Assembly (NCBI GenBank): GCA_043826455.1
Contig: JBDRQD010000003.1
Span: 1 to 15,799, forward strand
Origin: Candidatus Bathyarchaeota archaeon
GTDB taxonomy: Archaea; Thermoproteota; Bathyarchaeia; TCS64
Direction of reading: 5' to 3'
DNA: 15,799 nt
The position numbers and the translations under genes were made by a program. Within the stretch, counting starts at the first letter, position 1. Each line of letters starts with the position of its first letter. Below are positions 14,616-15,799 of this stretch, piece after piece. Under the pieces are notes generated by a model, which saw only the letters and a list, made by a program, of their open reading frames with translations, made no database searches and was not told the DNA's origin.

Positions 14616-15442
14616 CCTTTGAACCTAGACTTTAGGCCCTCGATGGATTCCATGTAGGCAGACCACGTGCGGCCCCCCGTGACGCCCCCGTCCACCACCA
14701 TGGCGTGGCCGTTGACGAAACGTGAGTCGTCGCCGGCCAGCCACAGGGCGGCCCTCGCAACGTCCATCGGCGTTCCCGGCCCCTCGATGGGCTGGGCGCC
14801 CCTGAACGCCTCGGACACTATGTCTAGCTTCGCCTCCGCCTCCTCCTGAGTGAGCCCCCTGGCCAGGCCTATCATGGGCGTCGGTATGAACCCTGGGAGG
14901 ACGCAGTTGACCCGGACCCCGGACTCGCCCAGCTCCATGGCCACGGACCTTGTGAACTGGATGACCCCCGCCTTCGCGGCGCCGTACACGTGGTTACCGT
15001 AGCCGGTCCGGATGCCGGCCACGCTCGCGGTGTTTATGATGCTTCCTCGGCCCTGCCTCTTCATGACGGGGGCCGCGTGTTTAACGCCGAGGAACACGCC
15101 CCTCAGGTTCACCGCCAGCGTCCTGTCGAAGGCCTCCACGCTCACATCCTCGATGGAGCCCACGGCTCCCGCTATCCCGGCGTTGTTGAACATGACGTCC
15201 AGGCCTCCGTGCAGGGTTACGACGTAGTCAATGGCCGCCTTGACGTCGGCCTCGACGCTCACGTCACAGTGAACATAGGATACGCCTCCGCCCAGCTCCT
15301 TGCATAGAGCCCGGCCTTTCTCGTCCAGTACGTCGGCCACCACCACCCTGGCTCCCTCGGCGTGGAACAGCCTCACGGAGGCCTCACCTATCCCGCTGCT
15401 GCCACCGGTGATGACGACGACCTTCCCATCAAGTCTACCCAT
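14612..15442 (-). CDS. short-chain dehydrogenase/reductase (classical, probably NAD-preferring)
   Basis: TGGSSGIG, acidic residue in VVAD, NNAG, NTAS, YGAAK, RVNCVLPG, VDGG. ATG at 15442. Its stop overlaps the convergent gene's stop in CTAG (14612-14615). Confidence 0.96.
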   Translation of the reverse strand: MGRLDGKVVVITGGSSGIGEASVRLFHAEGARVVVADVLDEKGRALCKELGGGVSYVHCDVSVEADVKAAIDYVVTLHGGLDVMFNNAGIAGAVGSIEDVSVEAFDRTLAVNLRGVFLGVKHAAPVMKRQGRGSIINTASVAGIRTGYGNHVYGAAKAGVIQFTRSVAMELGESGVRVNCVLPGFIPTPMIGLARGLTQEEAEAKLDIVSEAFRGAQPIEGPGTPMDVARAALWLAGDDSRFVNGHAMVVDGGVTGGRTWSAYMESIEGLKSRFKG

Positions 15443-15487
15443 AACAATCAAAGAATAGGGAGTTGAACAGGGTAAAGAAGTATGGGG

Positions 15488-15799
15488 CTACTCGTCCTCG
15501 GGGTGGAGCTCCACAACCATCCAGGCCTCGACGCAGATCCAGCCGGGGTGGTGCACAGGCAGAGCCGCCCTAGCGGGCCGGCCCGCGTAGTCGCCCCAGA
15601 TCTCTATGAGGAGGTCTGTGTACCCGTTGAGCACCTTGGGCTGGTCCATGAATCCAACCTCGCTGTTGACGAAGCCCACCACCTGGAGCACCTGCTTGAT
15701 CCTGTTGAGGCTGCCCAGCTGCTTCTTGAGCTGAGCCAGGCAGTTCATGGCTGTCTCCCGGGCCCCCTGGTATCCCTCGGCGATGGTCAGGTCCTTGCC
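15488..15799 (-). CDS. RidA/YjgF/YER057c/UK114 family protein, 5'-truncated by the window edge
   Basis: Frame stays open to the window end: GKDLTIAEGYQGARETAMNCLAQLKKQLGSLNRIKQV..V.GFVNS..GFMDQPKVLNG..DLL..IWG...GRPARAA...CVE. The conserved Arg and Glu are present. Confidence 0.88.
   Translation of the reverse strand, partial: GKDLTIAEGYQGARETAMNCLAQLKKQLGSLNRIKQVLQVVGFVNSEVGFMDQPKVLNGYTDLLIEIWGDYAGRPARAALPVHHPGWICVEAWMVVELHPEDE

Noticed and set aside
15488..15748. 86-aa ORF as a complete gene or pseudogene
   Set aside because: The frame remains open and RidA-like up to the window edge, so it is simply truncated by the window.

Overview
Gene-dense, GC-rich window that appears archaeal: TATA-like boxes lie about 25-35 nt before start codons, AGG/ATA codons are frequent, and a COG1361-type surface protein is present. 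A Bathyarchaeia-like host is a guess from style only. In order it encodes: a 317-bp compositionally odd non-coding end with a 22-bp tandem repeat; a degenerate gamma-carbonic-anhydrase-family gene; nadA and nadC; a divergent Lin0512-family gene; an uncharacterised membrane protein; a twin double-zinc-ribbon protein; a divergent RimK/LysX-type ATP-grasp ligase; a five-gene operon (PadR, ABC ATPase, COG1361 surface protein, MacB/FtsX permease, Yip1) with a tandem palindromic operator; two paralogous M28 peptidases flanking a cupin; a tandem-SH3 protein; a zf-HC2/ZAS-like small protein; an SDR; and a truncated RidA-family gene. I found no rRNA, tRNA, CRISPR array or transposase. The best leads are the YknWXYZ-like archaeal ABC system with its readable operator, an anti-sigma-like zinc finger in an apparent archaeon, the gamma-CA that lacks a Zn ligand, and a speculative ligase/zinc-ribbon/peptidase link. 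All calls come from motif reading, with no database searches.
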